Source: Clostridiales bacterium (GTDB lineage Bacteria; Bacillota; Clostridia; Christensenellales; UBA1242). From it: DNA of 64,000 bases. Each line of letters starts with the position of its first letter. The first letter of the stretch is position 1. The DNA is taken from NCBI GenBank assembly GCA_918292005.1, contig CAKJZJ010000011.1, positions 18,469-82,468 of the forward strand, read 5' to 3'. A program made the position numbers and the translations under genes. Under the pieces are notes generated by a model. The model was not told the origin of the DNA, made no database searches, and saw only the letters and a program-made list of their open reading frames with translations. This document shows positions 18,532 to 26,642 of the stretch, in pieces.

Positions 18532-20676
18532 TTAGAAATCTCTATGTTGGAATACAGTATAGGACACAACCAAGGCTATTGTAGAGTAGGCTATATATAG
18601 TAATGCACTAAATATAAAGGTCATAGAACTCTCAATGCCTGTAATTAATATGCTAGCTAAATTATTAACTGTTTCTATCATAAATGAATTACCTAAGAAT
18701 TTAAATTGATGTAAATTCATACCAGGCAGTAGTGAATACCAGAAGCTATTACCAAATAGCATATTTAGAGCATAATTTACAATCAAGAATACTAGAGAGA
18801 AAGATATAGCACCTGCATAGTTTTTGATTAGAATGGCTATTAGAAGGGCAATAATAACGAAGAAAATAACATCTAAGGTAAGGAATAGCAAATCCAACAA
18901 AATAAGCGCTAATGGCGAAATTTCGAAGGCTGTGGTAGCATTGAATACAGCTAATACATTTGTACTAGTATAACCATAAACGAATATTCCGCCAACGAAT
19001 GTAAGTATAAATGAGAATAACATAAATGTTATTACAAAGAATAGGGTTGCAAATAATTTTGCTGTAATAATTTTTGAACGCCTAAATGGTCGAACTAACA
19101 ATAATTTTATTGTTCCAGATTCTGATTCTGCTGTAATAATATTACACATTAGCATCATTGCAAATACAATAATAATAATTGTACATAATTCTAATGCAAA
19201 GTATACAAAATCAAAGACATTTGGTTCATTGCCACTCTGTTGGTTGAATGAAAAGTTTTTTAAATAACTATTGCTATATACGTTATTATCTAAATAATAC
19301 TGATTTAGAGTTATTTTTTCATTATTCTCATAACGATTAAATTCTTTATATTCAGGACCTGTAAGTTTATTAAACTGCGTTTTATCCATATCTTTTGTTA
19401 CATCTGCGAGAATATTATATTTTACATAATCGTGATATGTTAACGCTAAAAGTTTGTAATCCGTAATACTCTTTTGTATATTCTTTATTGCCTCGTCAGT
19501 TTTTAATTCATTAATCTTTTCTAAAATGACTTCTTTATTTGAGTTAACTTTCTCTTTCATTTTATTGAGAGCGTTAATTGTTGATTTTGATATTTTAATT
19601 TCACTAATGCTTTCTACACCAGCTTTAATTTTACCACTAATATTAAATCCTTGTAATTGTGAATCTATATCACGATATTGTTGAAAGGTAGCACCAGTAG
19701 TATTTTCAGTAGATGTTAAATCACTAGCATATTCAATATTACTAATAAAATTGTTATAGTCTGTCTCATTTTGAAAAATTAGTTTTAATTCGTCATTCTT
19801 AATTAGTTTGTTTGTATATGTCTTTAAATCTTCGAGTGTTTTGTTTAAATCGGTATTAACGCCTTTAAATTTAGCCGAATCTGAAGCATTACCCGCTGTT
19901 AATGTGTCATAAGTGGATAATAATTGATTAATACCTGTAATTTTGAATTTTAAATAATTTAGAGTGGTGGAAATATAGTTTATTGCATTATCCAATTCTT
20001 CTTTTAGAGCTGCTTCGTATTCATTGGTATCATATACAGTCACTATATCTCTTTTATTTCGTGTTTCGTTATAATTAATAGAAGATATCAATTCGTCACT
20101 TTTAGACATATATACTATTCTAAAACGATCGTAAGATTTACCTGCGCTAGCTTCTTCATTGTATAGTTTTTCTAAGAAATCTATATGGTAATAGAAGGGG
20201 TTATTGTTTAAGTCTGTATTATAATCTTTTAGCGAATTAAATGAACTAAAGTCATATAGTGATGTGCTAAATTTATTTACAGCATTCTTAAAAGCGGTGT
20301 AATCATCATTAATTGATGAATCAGTAGTTGATCTGAGTTTGTCCATTGTTTGAATGATTTTTTGATAATCATCGCTGATACTTACAACACGATTTTGAGC
20401 TAGTGTATAATATTGAATGGATGCATCGGATGTAATAAATTTACTATCAAATCCAATCTTGCTGTCTTCTGCGTCAGCATTCATAAAATGATTATAATAA
20501 CTAGCAGAGTCTTCGAGAGAATCATATACAACTGTACTATCACCAAGAGACATTGGATTAAATAATCCAAGTGATGCAAAAATGATTGCAACAATCATTA
20601 TGGCCATTATGAATACACTAGGACGTTTAAAAATCTTTTTAAATTCAGCTCTAGTCAATCTGAATGTACTAGTCAT
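18532..20676 (-). CDS. ABC-2 type transporter permease with a large extracytoplasmic insert (714 aa)
   Basis: N-terminal TM helix (PSVFIMAIMIVAIIFASLGLF), then ~450 aa of N/K/D/E/S-rich non-membrane sequence, then a C-terminal multi-TM block. GGAGAA lies 6 nt before the ATG. The start is 13 nt downstream of the ATPase gene. Confidence 0.7.
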   Translation of the reverse strand: MTSTFRLTRAEFKKIFKRPSVFIMAIMIVAIIFASLGLFNPMSLGDSTVVYDSLEDSASYYNHFMNADAEDSKIGFDSKFITSDASIQYYTLAQNRVVSISDDYQKIIQTMDKLRSTTDSSINDDYTAFKNAVNKFSTSLYDFSSFNSLKDYNTDLNNNPFYYHIDFLEKLYNEEASAGKSYDRFRIVYMSKSDELISSINYNETRNKRDIVTVYDTNEYEAALKEELDNAINYISTTLNYLKFKITGINQLLSTYDTLTAGNASDSAKFKGVNTDLNKTLEDLKTYTNKLIKNDELKLIFQNETDYNNFISNIEYASDLTSTENTTGATFQQYRDIDSQLQGFNISGKIKAGVESISEIKISKSTINALNKMKEKVNSNKEVILEKINELKTDEAIKNIQKSITDYKLLALTYHDYVKYNILADVTKDMDKTQFNKLTGPEYKEFNRYENNEKITLNQYYLDNNVYSNSYLKNFSFNQQSGNEPNVFDFVYFALELCTIIIIVFAMMLMCNIITAESESGTIKLLLVRPFRRSKIITAKLFATLFFVITFMLFSFILTFVGGIFVYGYTSTNVLAVFNATTAFEISPLALILLDLLFLTLDVIFFVIIALLIAILIKNYAGAISFSLVFLIVNYALNMLFGNSFWYSLLPGMNLHQFKFLGNSFMIETVNNLASILITGIESSMTFIFSALLYIAYSTIALVVSYTVFQHRDF

Positions 20677-20689
20677 TTTTCATTCTCCT

Positions 20690-21631
20690 TTATACAATAT
20701 TTGTTTTACCTTTAGTTTTATTATTAATTATTTCTAGGAATATCTGTTCTAGAGATTTTGTTGCTACTTCTATTCCAAAAATATTAATACCATAACCGAC
20801 TAATTTCTGTGTAATTTCGCTTATTTTGTCTTCAGAAGTGTATACCAAGACTCTATTACCGGCGAGATCTACTTTTAGTCTCATTTCGTTTACAATGATT
20901 TTTCCAGCGAAATTAGGGTAGTCAACTTTTACTTGAATTCTTTTAGCACCTTCTATTGTTTCACGTAGGGAAGTGATAGACTTAATTTCCAGTAATTGAC
21001 CATTATTAATAATACCTATGGTATCACATATTTGCTCCATATCTGAAAGCATGTGTGATGAGATTAATATAGCAATTTTATATTCATGAGCTAAAATTTT
21101 TAGGAAGTCACGCATCTCTTTGACACCATTTGGATCTAGACCACTCAAAGGTTCGTCCAAAACTAATAATTTAGGAGAGTGGAGCAGTGCTTGAGCAATT
21201 CCTAGTCTTTGTTTCATACCCAGTGAATATGTTTTTAATTTGTCTTTTAATCTGGCCTCTAGACCTACAATTTTAGCATATTTTTTGATATCTTTAATAC
21301 TAACATTATTGTATAGGCTTGCATAATATTTTAGATTGTCCCAGCCAGTCATATTTGGGTACATTAGGGGATTTTCTATTAATGCACCTATATAAGATAA
21401 TGCTTTTTCTTGATCTTTAGGTATATCATAATTGCAAACACGAATTTGTCCTTTAGTGATGCTGGTTAATCCACAAATCATTTTCATGGTGGTTGTTTTT
21501 CCTGCTCCATTTGGACCCAAGAAACCAAAAATTTCACCCTCTCTGATGGTGAATGAAACATTATTAACTGCAACTCGATTTCCAAAAGATTTTGTTACAT
21601 TTGAAACATCTAATACAATTTTGTTACCCAA
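20690..21631 (-). CDS. ABC transporter ATP-binding protein
   Basis: Walker A GPNGAGKTT, signature YSLGMKQRLGIA, Walker B LLVLDEPLSGLD, H-loop SSHML. TTG start preceded by AAAGGAG. Confidence 0.9.
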   Translation of the reverse strand: MGNKIVLDVSNVTKSFGNRVAVNNVSFTIREGEIFGFLGPNGAGKTTTMKMICGLTSITKGQIRVCNYDIPKDQEKALSYIGALIENPLMYPNMTGWDNLKYYASLYNNVSIKDIKKYAKIVGLEARLKDKLKTYSLGMKQRLGIAQALLHSPKLLVLDEPLSGLDPNGVKEMRDFLKILAHEYKIAILISSHMLSDMEQICDTIGIINNGQLLEIKSITSLRETIEGAKRIQVKVDYPNFAGKIIVNEMRLKVDLAGNRVLVYTSEDKISEITQKLVGYGINIFGIEVATKSLEQIFLEIINNKTKGKTNIV

Positions 21632-21741
21632 TTTGAGCTCCTTTTATCACGAAATAGTGATATATTGTGTCCTGTAATAATATATTTTTATGTTAGTATT
21701 ACTATTTTCTTAGCTAAATAAAAATATTTTGAGTGGTGTAT

Positions 21742-22617
21742 ATGTCTAAAAAAGTTATTAATTATTTTGCAATAGGAATTCTATTTGTTTTTGTATCTAT
21801 TTTAATCCTATTTGCTAATGAAAATATTTTTAGTATTCCTATTAAATGTGTTCTAGAAACAGCAATTCTTTTGTTTCTCGTACTTAATATATTATTCAAA
21901 TATTATGATAAAGAGATACTAAGAAAATTATTTTATGTGCTGTACATTCTAACTGCGATAATTATTATAGTAGTATATTACATCAAAAAGAATGGTTATT
22001 TAGACATATTTTCTTCAACAAATAGTTTAAAAAATTTTATTTTAGGTACCAGAGAAAAGGGTGTGTTTGTTTATATTGTTTTACAAATTCTACAAGTAGT
22101 CTTTTTGCCTATACCAGCTGCAATTATATGTATTGTAGGTAGTATAATATATGGACCATTATTAGGAGCCATCTACTGCAGTCTAGGTATATTGATTGGA
22201 TCATATATATCATTTTTTATTGGCAAAACATTTGGATATAAACTTGTTTCATGGATTGTAGGTAAAGATAATACCGATAAATACACTGATATTATTCGTA
22301 AGCGTGGGGGATTCTTTTTGGCTATTGCTTTTTTACTGCCAATGTTTCCTGACGATATACTATGTTTGATATCAGGTATTACTAATATATCATTTAAACA
22401 ATTTTTTTGGATAACACTAATCACCAGGCCTATCGGTGTAATAGCAATGTCGTATTTTGGTGGTGGTCATATAATACCTTTTTCTGGGTGGGGGATATAT
22501 GCTTGGATAGGAATACTCATATCTGTATTAATTGTCGTCATTATGACTTACAAATATCAAGATAATATGCAAACATTTATTCTAAAGAAAATTTTTAAAA
22601 AGCATAATAAAAATTAA
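21742..22617 (+). CDS. TVP38/TMEM64 (DedA/SNARE-associated) family membrane protein
   Basis: Polytopic membrane protein with the core VFLPIPAAIICIVGSIIYGP...GILIGSYISFFIGKTFG. ATG 21742 is preferred over the track's GTG 21733, which has no SD. Confidence 0.7.
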   Translation: MSKKVINYFAIGILFVFVSILILFANENIFSIPIKCVLETAILLFLVLNILFKYYDKEILRKLFYVLYILTAIIIIVVYYIKKNGYLDIFSSTNSLKNFILGTREKGVFVYIVLQILQVVFLPIPAAIICIVGSIIYGPLLGAIYCSLGILIGSYISFFIGKTFGYKLVSWIVGKDNTDKYTDIIRKRGGFFLAIAFLLPMFPDDILCLISGITNISFKQFFWITLITRPIGVIAMSYFGGGHIIPFSGWGIYAWIGILISVLIVVIMTYKYQDNMQTFILKKIFKKHNKN

Positions 22618-24350
22618 TCATAGAATATTTTCATTTTAACAAATGTGCCATAGATGAGTGGGCAAATAATAAAATTAGTTGAAAGAATAGATGGTAATAA
22701 TAATTCTACAGCAAAATATTTGAAATTATCCAATTCAAAACCAGCAAGAGCATTAATACAATAGATTAATAATAAGCAAATAAGGAATGTTAATAATCCA
22801 AATAAGAAAGCATATTTTGGTTTATAATTATTTAATTTATGTTCATGTGGATTAAATAAATATGGCAAAATAAATACTAATGATAATACAACTTCAGCTA
22901 CATATGTGATTATTATAAATGTTTTATCGTTTGCATCAATAAGACCATTTGAATTGAACAATACCACAGAAATAGTGGTTTCTAATAGTAGTATAAATAA
23001 TAGTAAGAATCCGAAAATGAACTTTAATTTATTTACAAGTACATAGGAACGATCTAATAGAACAGCCTTAGGAGTGTTTTCGTATCTATTAATTTTAATG
23101 GTATTAGATGAATATTGGGATATCTCTTTGTTGTAATTATCGGTAGTTGTTTCTTCTACAGGGAGAGATGTTTGCTCAGCCTCATATTCTTCATCTTCAT
23201 TATCAAAATCAACAAACTTATCTTCTGTTTCACTTTCTTCTTCGTAATTGAATAGATTGTTTTCTTCTTCAACTATTTCATCCAGATTATCATTATTCTC
23301 ATCTTCACTTAGTAGAACATCCAACTTGCTTTTGTAATCTACAATTTCTTCTTGTGATTGATTATCTTCTTTTGTTTCTTGAGGTGTAGTTACTTTCATT
23401 TTTGATTTAGATAGTTCGTTAAACTTTGCCAAGAATATCTCATTTCTACGTTTGCGCTCATCTTCTGTCATCTCAATTATTGGTTGCGGAGTTTTTTGAG
23501 TGCTAGGTTTATTATAATTGTCTGTGTAATCTGCGTACCCATAAGAAGTATCTTTTGTTCTTCTACCAACATTATCGATAATATTTGGTTTTTTGTTTAT
23601 CTCTTTACTAGGTACATAATCAGCATCACGTAGTTTATATATACCATCTCTATCTAGAATGATTATATGTTTTTGTTTTGGTCTAATATAATGTAATCTT
23701 CTGAATGGGGTATTTAAATGTTTTCTATTATTCTCTTTTATTGCTGCGATAATACTATCTCTTTGTGATTGTGGAGTAGTAGTATCTTCGTTATCTTCAT
23801 TGTCGGTATTTGTTTCAGACATAATCTCCAAAGGTGTAGGCTCATGATATGCATCATCAGGAATGGTTTCCTGTTCATCATTATCCGAATCAAAATTTGC
23901 AATAGATGGAATAGTGTCGGGATCAACTTCGTGAATTTCCATATGAACTTCATCATTTGTTTGGTTATCGTTTTTGTTATTCTCATCAATACATTCTAGT
24001 TCTTCCTGAGACTCAATGTCATCATCTTCAACTTCATCAGATTCGTTATCAGAAGTTTCCTTTAGAACATGTATTTTATAGTATGCAAAACCAGCATCGG
24101 TCATATGATAGTAATGTCTACGACCACCAATGTCGCTATCACCCCAATATGATGATACCAAACCTTTTTCTTCAAAACGGGTTAGACTACTATAAAGTGA
24201 TGGTTGTTTTAATTTAATTTTACCATCAGAATACTCTTCTACTTCTTTAATAATCTCATAGCCATATTTATCGCCATTGGACAGGGTTCTAAGAATTATG
24301 TTATTTACCGAACCACGAGAAGCGTTTCTATGCTTTCTTCTTTTTGCCAT
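22614..24350 (-). CDS. PadR-family winged-helix regulator fused to a long acidic linker and a 4-TM C-terminal domain
   Basis: N-terminus: ILRTLSNGDKYGYEIIKEVEEYSDGKIKLKQPSLYSSLTRFEEKGLVSSYW...RRHYYHMTDAG (PadR pattern). This is followed by a ~330-aa D/E/N-rich linker and four hydrophobic helices at the C-terminus. SD AAGGTGG. Confidence 0.7.
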   Translation of the reverse strand: MAKRRKHRNASRGSVNNIILRTLSNGDKYGYEIIKEVEEYSDGKIKLKQPSLYSSLTRFEEKGLVSSYWGDSDIGGRRHYYHMTDAGFAYYKIHVLKETSDNESDEVEDDDIESQEELECIDENNKNDNQTNDEVHMEIHEVDPDTIPSIANFDSDNDEQETIPDDAYHEPTPLEIMSETNTDNEDNEDTTTPQSQRDSIIAAIKENNRKHLNTPFRRLHYIRPKQKHIIILDRDGIYKLRDADYVPSKEINKKPNIIDNVGRRTKDTSYGYADYTDNYNKPSTQKTPQPIIEMTEDERKRRNEIFLAKFNELSKSKMKVTTPQETKEDNQSQEEIVDYKSKLDVLLSEDENNDNLDEIVEEENNLFNYEEESETEDKFVDFDNEDEEYEAEQTSLPVEETTTDNYNKEISQYSSNTIKINRYENTPKAVLLDRSYVLVNKLKFIFGFLLLFILLLETTISVVLFNSNGLIDANDKTFIIITYVAEVVLSLVFILPYLFNPHEHKLNNYKPKYAFLFGLLTFLICLLLIYCINALAGFELDNFKYFAVELLLPSILSTNFIICPLIYGTFVKMKIFYD

Positions 24351-24472
24351 AATACCACCTTATATATAATAATAAAAAATTACATACACTTATATAATAT
24401 ATAATAATACAAAAATAGTCAATAAAAATACTATGCGAAGTAAAGAAAAATCCACATACAAGCCAATATTAT

Positions 24473-24502
24473 TTGATATAAAAAACGTATATTTGATATA
24501 AT
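24473..24502 (+). promoter_or_regulatory. sigma-A type promoter for the YgjP-like gene
   Basis: -35 TTGATA (24473-24478), 18-nt spacer, extended -10 TGATATAAT (24494-24502), about 30 nt upstream of ATG 24532. It is embedded in a direct repeat TATTTGATATAA (24470-24481 and 24490-24501). Confidence 0.5.
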
Positions 24503-24531
24503 ATTGTAAGGAAATTTTTAGAGGTAATAGT

Positions 24532-25203
24532 ATGATTAAACCAGACTTGATAATACGAACTCACAGACGAAGTCTGAGTATAACAATTACAAAGAATGCA
24601 GAAATAATTGTTCGTGCACCGAAGAAATTGAGTATGGATAAAATTATTTCTTACATTAATGAGAAAGAGAAATGGATTACGACTAAACAAAAAGAAATAC
24701 AAGAAAGACTGAATATAAATAAGAATATCATTAATTACAATCAATTGTTATTCCTGGGTAAAAAGTATAATATTGAATATGTAAATGGTTTGAAAAAAAT
24801 AGAATTATCATCAGACCAATTAATGATACCTAGCAAATACAATAATGAGTATAGAATTAAACACATTAGAGATTGGTACATTTCAAATGCAAAAATAATT
24901 TTAAAAGATAGATTGGAGTATCTAGCCAACATAATGCAGATAGACTATTCTGGACTGACCATCAATAATAGCAAAAACAGATGGGGTAGTTGTGATATCA
25001 ATCGTAATATAAAATTAAACTTTAGACTAATCATGTTGCCACACAGGGTAATAGACTATGTAATAGTGCATGAATTATCACACATACTCGAGTTTAATCA
25101 TTCAAAAGAATTTTATAAAATAGTGTCTATGATAATTCCAAGCTATAAATTACAACAAAAACAATTAAAAACATATGACTATATATTATCACTATTTAGA
25201 TAG
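24532..25203 (+). CDS. YgjP-like (DUF45 / M48-like) metallopeptidase
   Basis: NRWGSCD motif and zinc motif VHELSHILEFNHS (HExxH). SD GAGGT upstream. Confidence 0.8.
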   Translation: MIKPDLIIRTHRRSLSITITKNAEIIVRAPKKLSMDKIISYINEKEKWITTKQKEIQERLNINKNIINYNQLLFLGKKYNIEYVNGLKKIELSSDQLMIPSKYNNEYRIKHIRDWYISNAKIILKDRLEYLANIMQIDYSGLTINNSKNRWGSCDINRNIKLNFRLIMLPHRVIDYVIVHELSHILEFNHSKEFYKIVSMIIPSYKLQQKQLKTYDYILSLFR

Positions 25204-25268
25204 GTAACAATGAACCTATATAATTAATGGTTTTGATATGGGGCAGTAGATATTTATTATGTTTATTC

Positions 25269-25323
25269 AATACCGTCAAGTATTAAACATCTATTATTAT
25301 GGATGAATTTGACGGTATTTTTT
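25269..25323 (+). terminator. candidate terminator downstream of the YgjP-like gene
   Basis: 11-bp perfect stem AATACCGTCAA (25269-25279) pairs with TTGACGGTATT (25309-25319), followed by TTTT. The loop is long (29 nt) and has an inner CATC/GATG pairing. Confidence 0.5.
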
Positions 25324-25363
25324 GATGTTAAAATAATGGCTTTTTCTAGCGTTTTTATCCATA

Positions 25364-25397
25364 AACTATTCGCAAAAGACAACTTTTGCGAATAGTT
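25364..25397. repeat. perfect 34-bp palindrome AACTATTCGCAAAAG-acaa-CTTTTGCGAATAGTT
   Basis: Verified base by base. 15-bp arms with a 4-nt centre (equally read as 13-8-13). No T-run on either side. Confidence 0.9.
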
Positions 25398-25579
25398 CTA
25401 TATATAAAAATGGGTAAAATAATGCTATCAATCAATTATCAAACCAAATAGGAATAATGTGTAATCAAAACAATAGAACCAAAATAAATATGTATCAAAA
25501 AAAACATTATAATCCCATAAAAAGATTATATGCATAATTCTCTAAATATTGATTGCATAGTACTTTGCATAGTATTAAA

Positions 25580-25608
25580 AATAAACCCCATATATAATAT
25601 AAGGTTTA
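25580..25608 (-). terminator. weak hairpin terminator downstream of the 290-aa orphan gene
   Basis: ATAAACC (25580-25586) pairs with GGTTTAT (25602-25608). A/T runs flank it, and it lies directly after the stop at 25617. Confidence 0.4.
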
Positions 25609-25616
25609 TTTTTTGA

Positions 25617-26489
25617 TTATTTTGTTGTAAGATATTTCTCTACTTTATTAATAACATTTTTAACATAGTACAAAGACATTGATCTATATATGCTGGTAAA
25701 GGCATCATCTTGTTCATCTAGAGTTTTGAAATCCCTAATGCTATTGTTTCTCAAATAATTAATAATCTTTAATAAACTATCTATGCTATCATCTATAAAC
25801 ATTTCTGTTGGTACATTGTATAGCATTGTTTCAATAATTTCGCTTGGTAGATCATTGTTGTTTTTCTCTAGCATCATAATATTTTTAAAAATTAAAACTA
25901 CATTTCTATATACATCATCTGTCATTTCGTTTTTGTGTTGAAAATTATTGATTGCTAAGTCTGGATACTCAATATCAATCTGACCATTATAGTAATGCAT
26001 CAGTCCTTTAATGTTCTCATTATTATAGTAAGTCAGACATGGAATTATTTTAAAATAGAATACTTCTGTTTTGTCACCTTCGGTAATGGCGCTTTTCATA
26101 CATATATAGTCTCTTTCAAGCCAGAGTATATTATTTTTATCAAAATACTTTAAGAAAGATTCATATATACCTATTCTGATTTGTTCCAATGTTATATATA
26201 ATTCCGGTATTTGTATTTTATTGGAAAATGATTTTTTCAATTTTTTAACTGGCTTATAATTAAAAGGTTGATTAATTTCTATATACACTGTTGTAAAAAT
26301 ATCATAATGACAATTTGTTTCTAGCGTATATTCATCAAAAAATATTGCTGAAAAGTTATCTAATTTGAACATTGGCTTGTCCTGGATAAAGATGTCCAAA
26401 ACATCAGGCAACATATCATAAAAAGATTCTCTCACATTATAAATATTCTCTTTATTAACTGTTTTTTTCAAACTATTATTAATATTCAT
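25617..26489 (-). CDS. hypothetical protein (290 aa), possibly a degenerate nucleotidyltransferase-fold protein
   Basis: Long ORF with SD AGGTGA before the ATG. Weak by-eye resemblance to SMODS/CD-NTase-like layout (FYFKIIPCL strand; YRNVVLIFKNIMM...SEIIETMLYNVP helices), but the canonical GS...DxD residues are absent. Confidence 0.6.
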   Translation of the reverse strand: MNINNSLKKTVNKENIYNVRESFYDMLPDVLDIFIQDKPMFKLDNFSAIFFDEYTLETNCHYDIFTTVYIEINQPFNYKPVKKLKKSFSNKIQIPELYITLEQIRIGIYESFLKYFDKNNILWLERDYICMKSAITEGDKTEVFYFKIIPCLTYYNNENIKGLMHYYNGQIDIEYPDLAINNFQHKNEMTDDVYRNVVLIFKNIMMLEKNNNDLPSEIIETMLYNVPTEMFIDDSIDSLLKIINYLRNNSIRDFKTLDEQDDAFTSIYRSMSLYYVKNVINKVEKYLTTK

Positions 26490-26609
26490 ACTTTCACCTA
26501 TTCTAAATTACCTGTACATTATATCATAATATTATTATTTTGTCGAACATATAAAATTATTATAATTACTCTTATTTACTTTACTATATCAGTATCTTCT
26601 GTTAAAATA

Positions 26610-26627
26610 AAACTGTTCGCAAAATAC
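26610..26627 (+). promoter_or_regulatory. 18-mer AAACTGTTCGCAAAATAC, 16/18 identical to the left arm of the 34-bp palindrome
   Basis: Compare AAACTATTCGCAAAAGAC at 25363-25380. Lies immediately 5' of the SD and start of the recombinase gene. Confidence 0.5.
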
Positions 26628-26642
26628 ATTTGGAGAATGTCT

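Noticed and set aside
25336-25395. 19-codon mini-ORF (MAFSSVFIHKLFAKDNFCE) whose 3' half is the 34-bp palindrome.
   Set aside because: No SD precedes it, and the reading frame is most simply a by-product of the palindrome.
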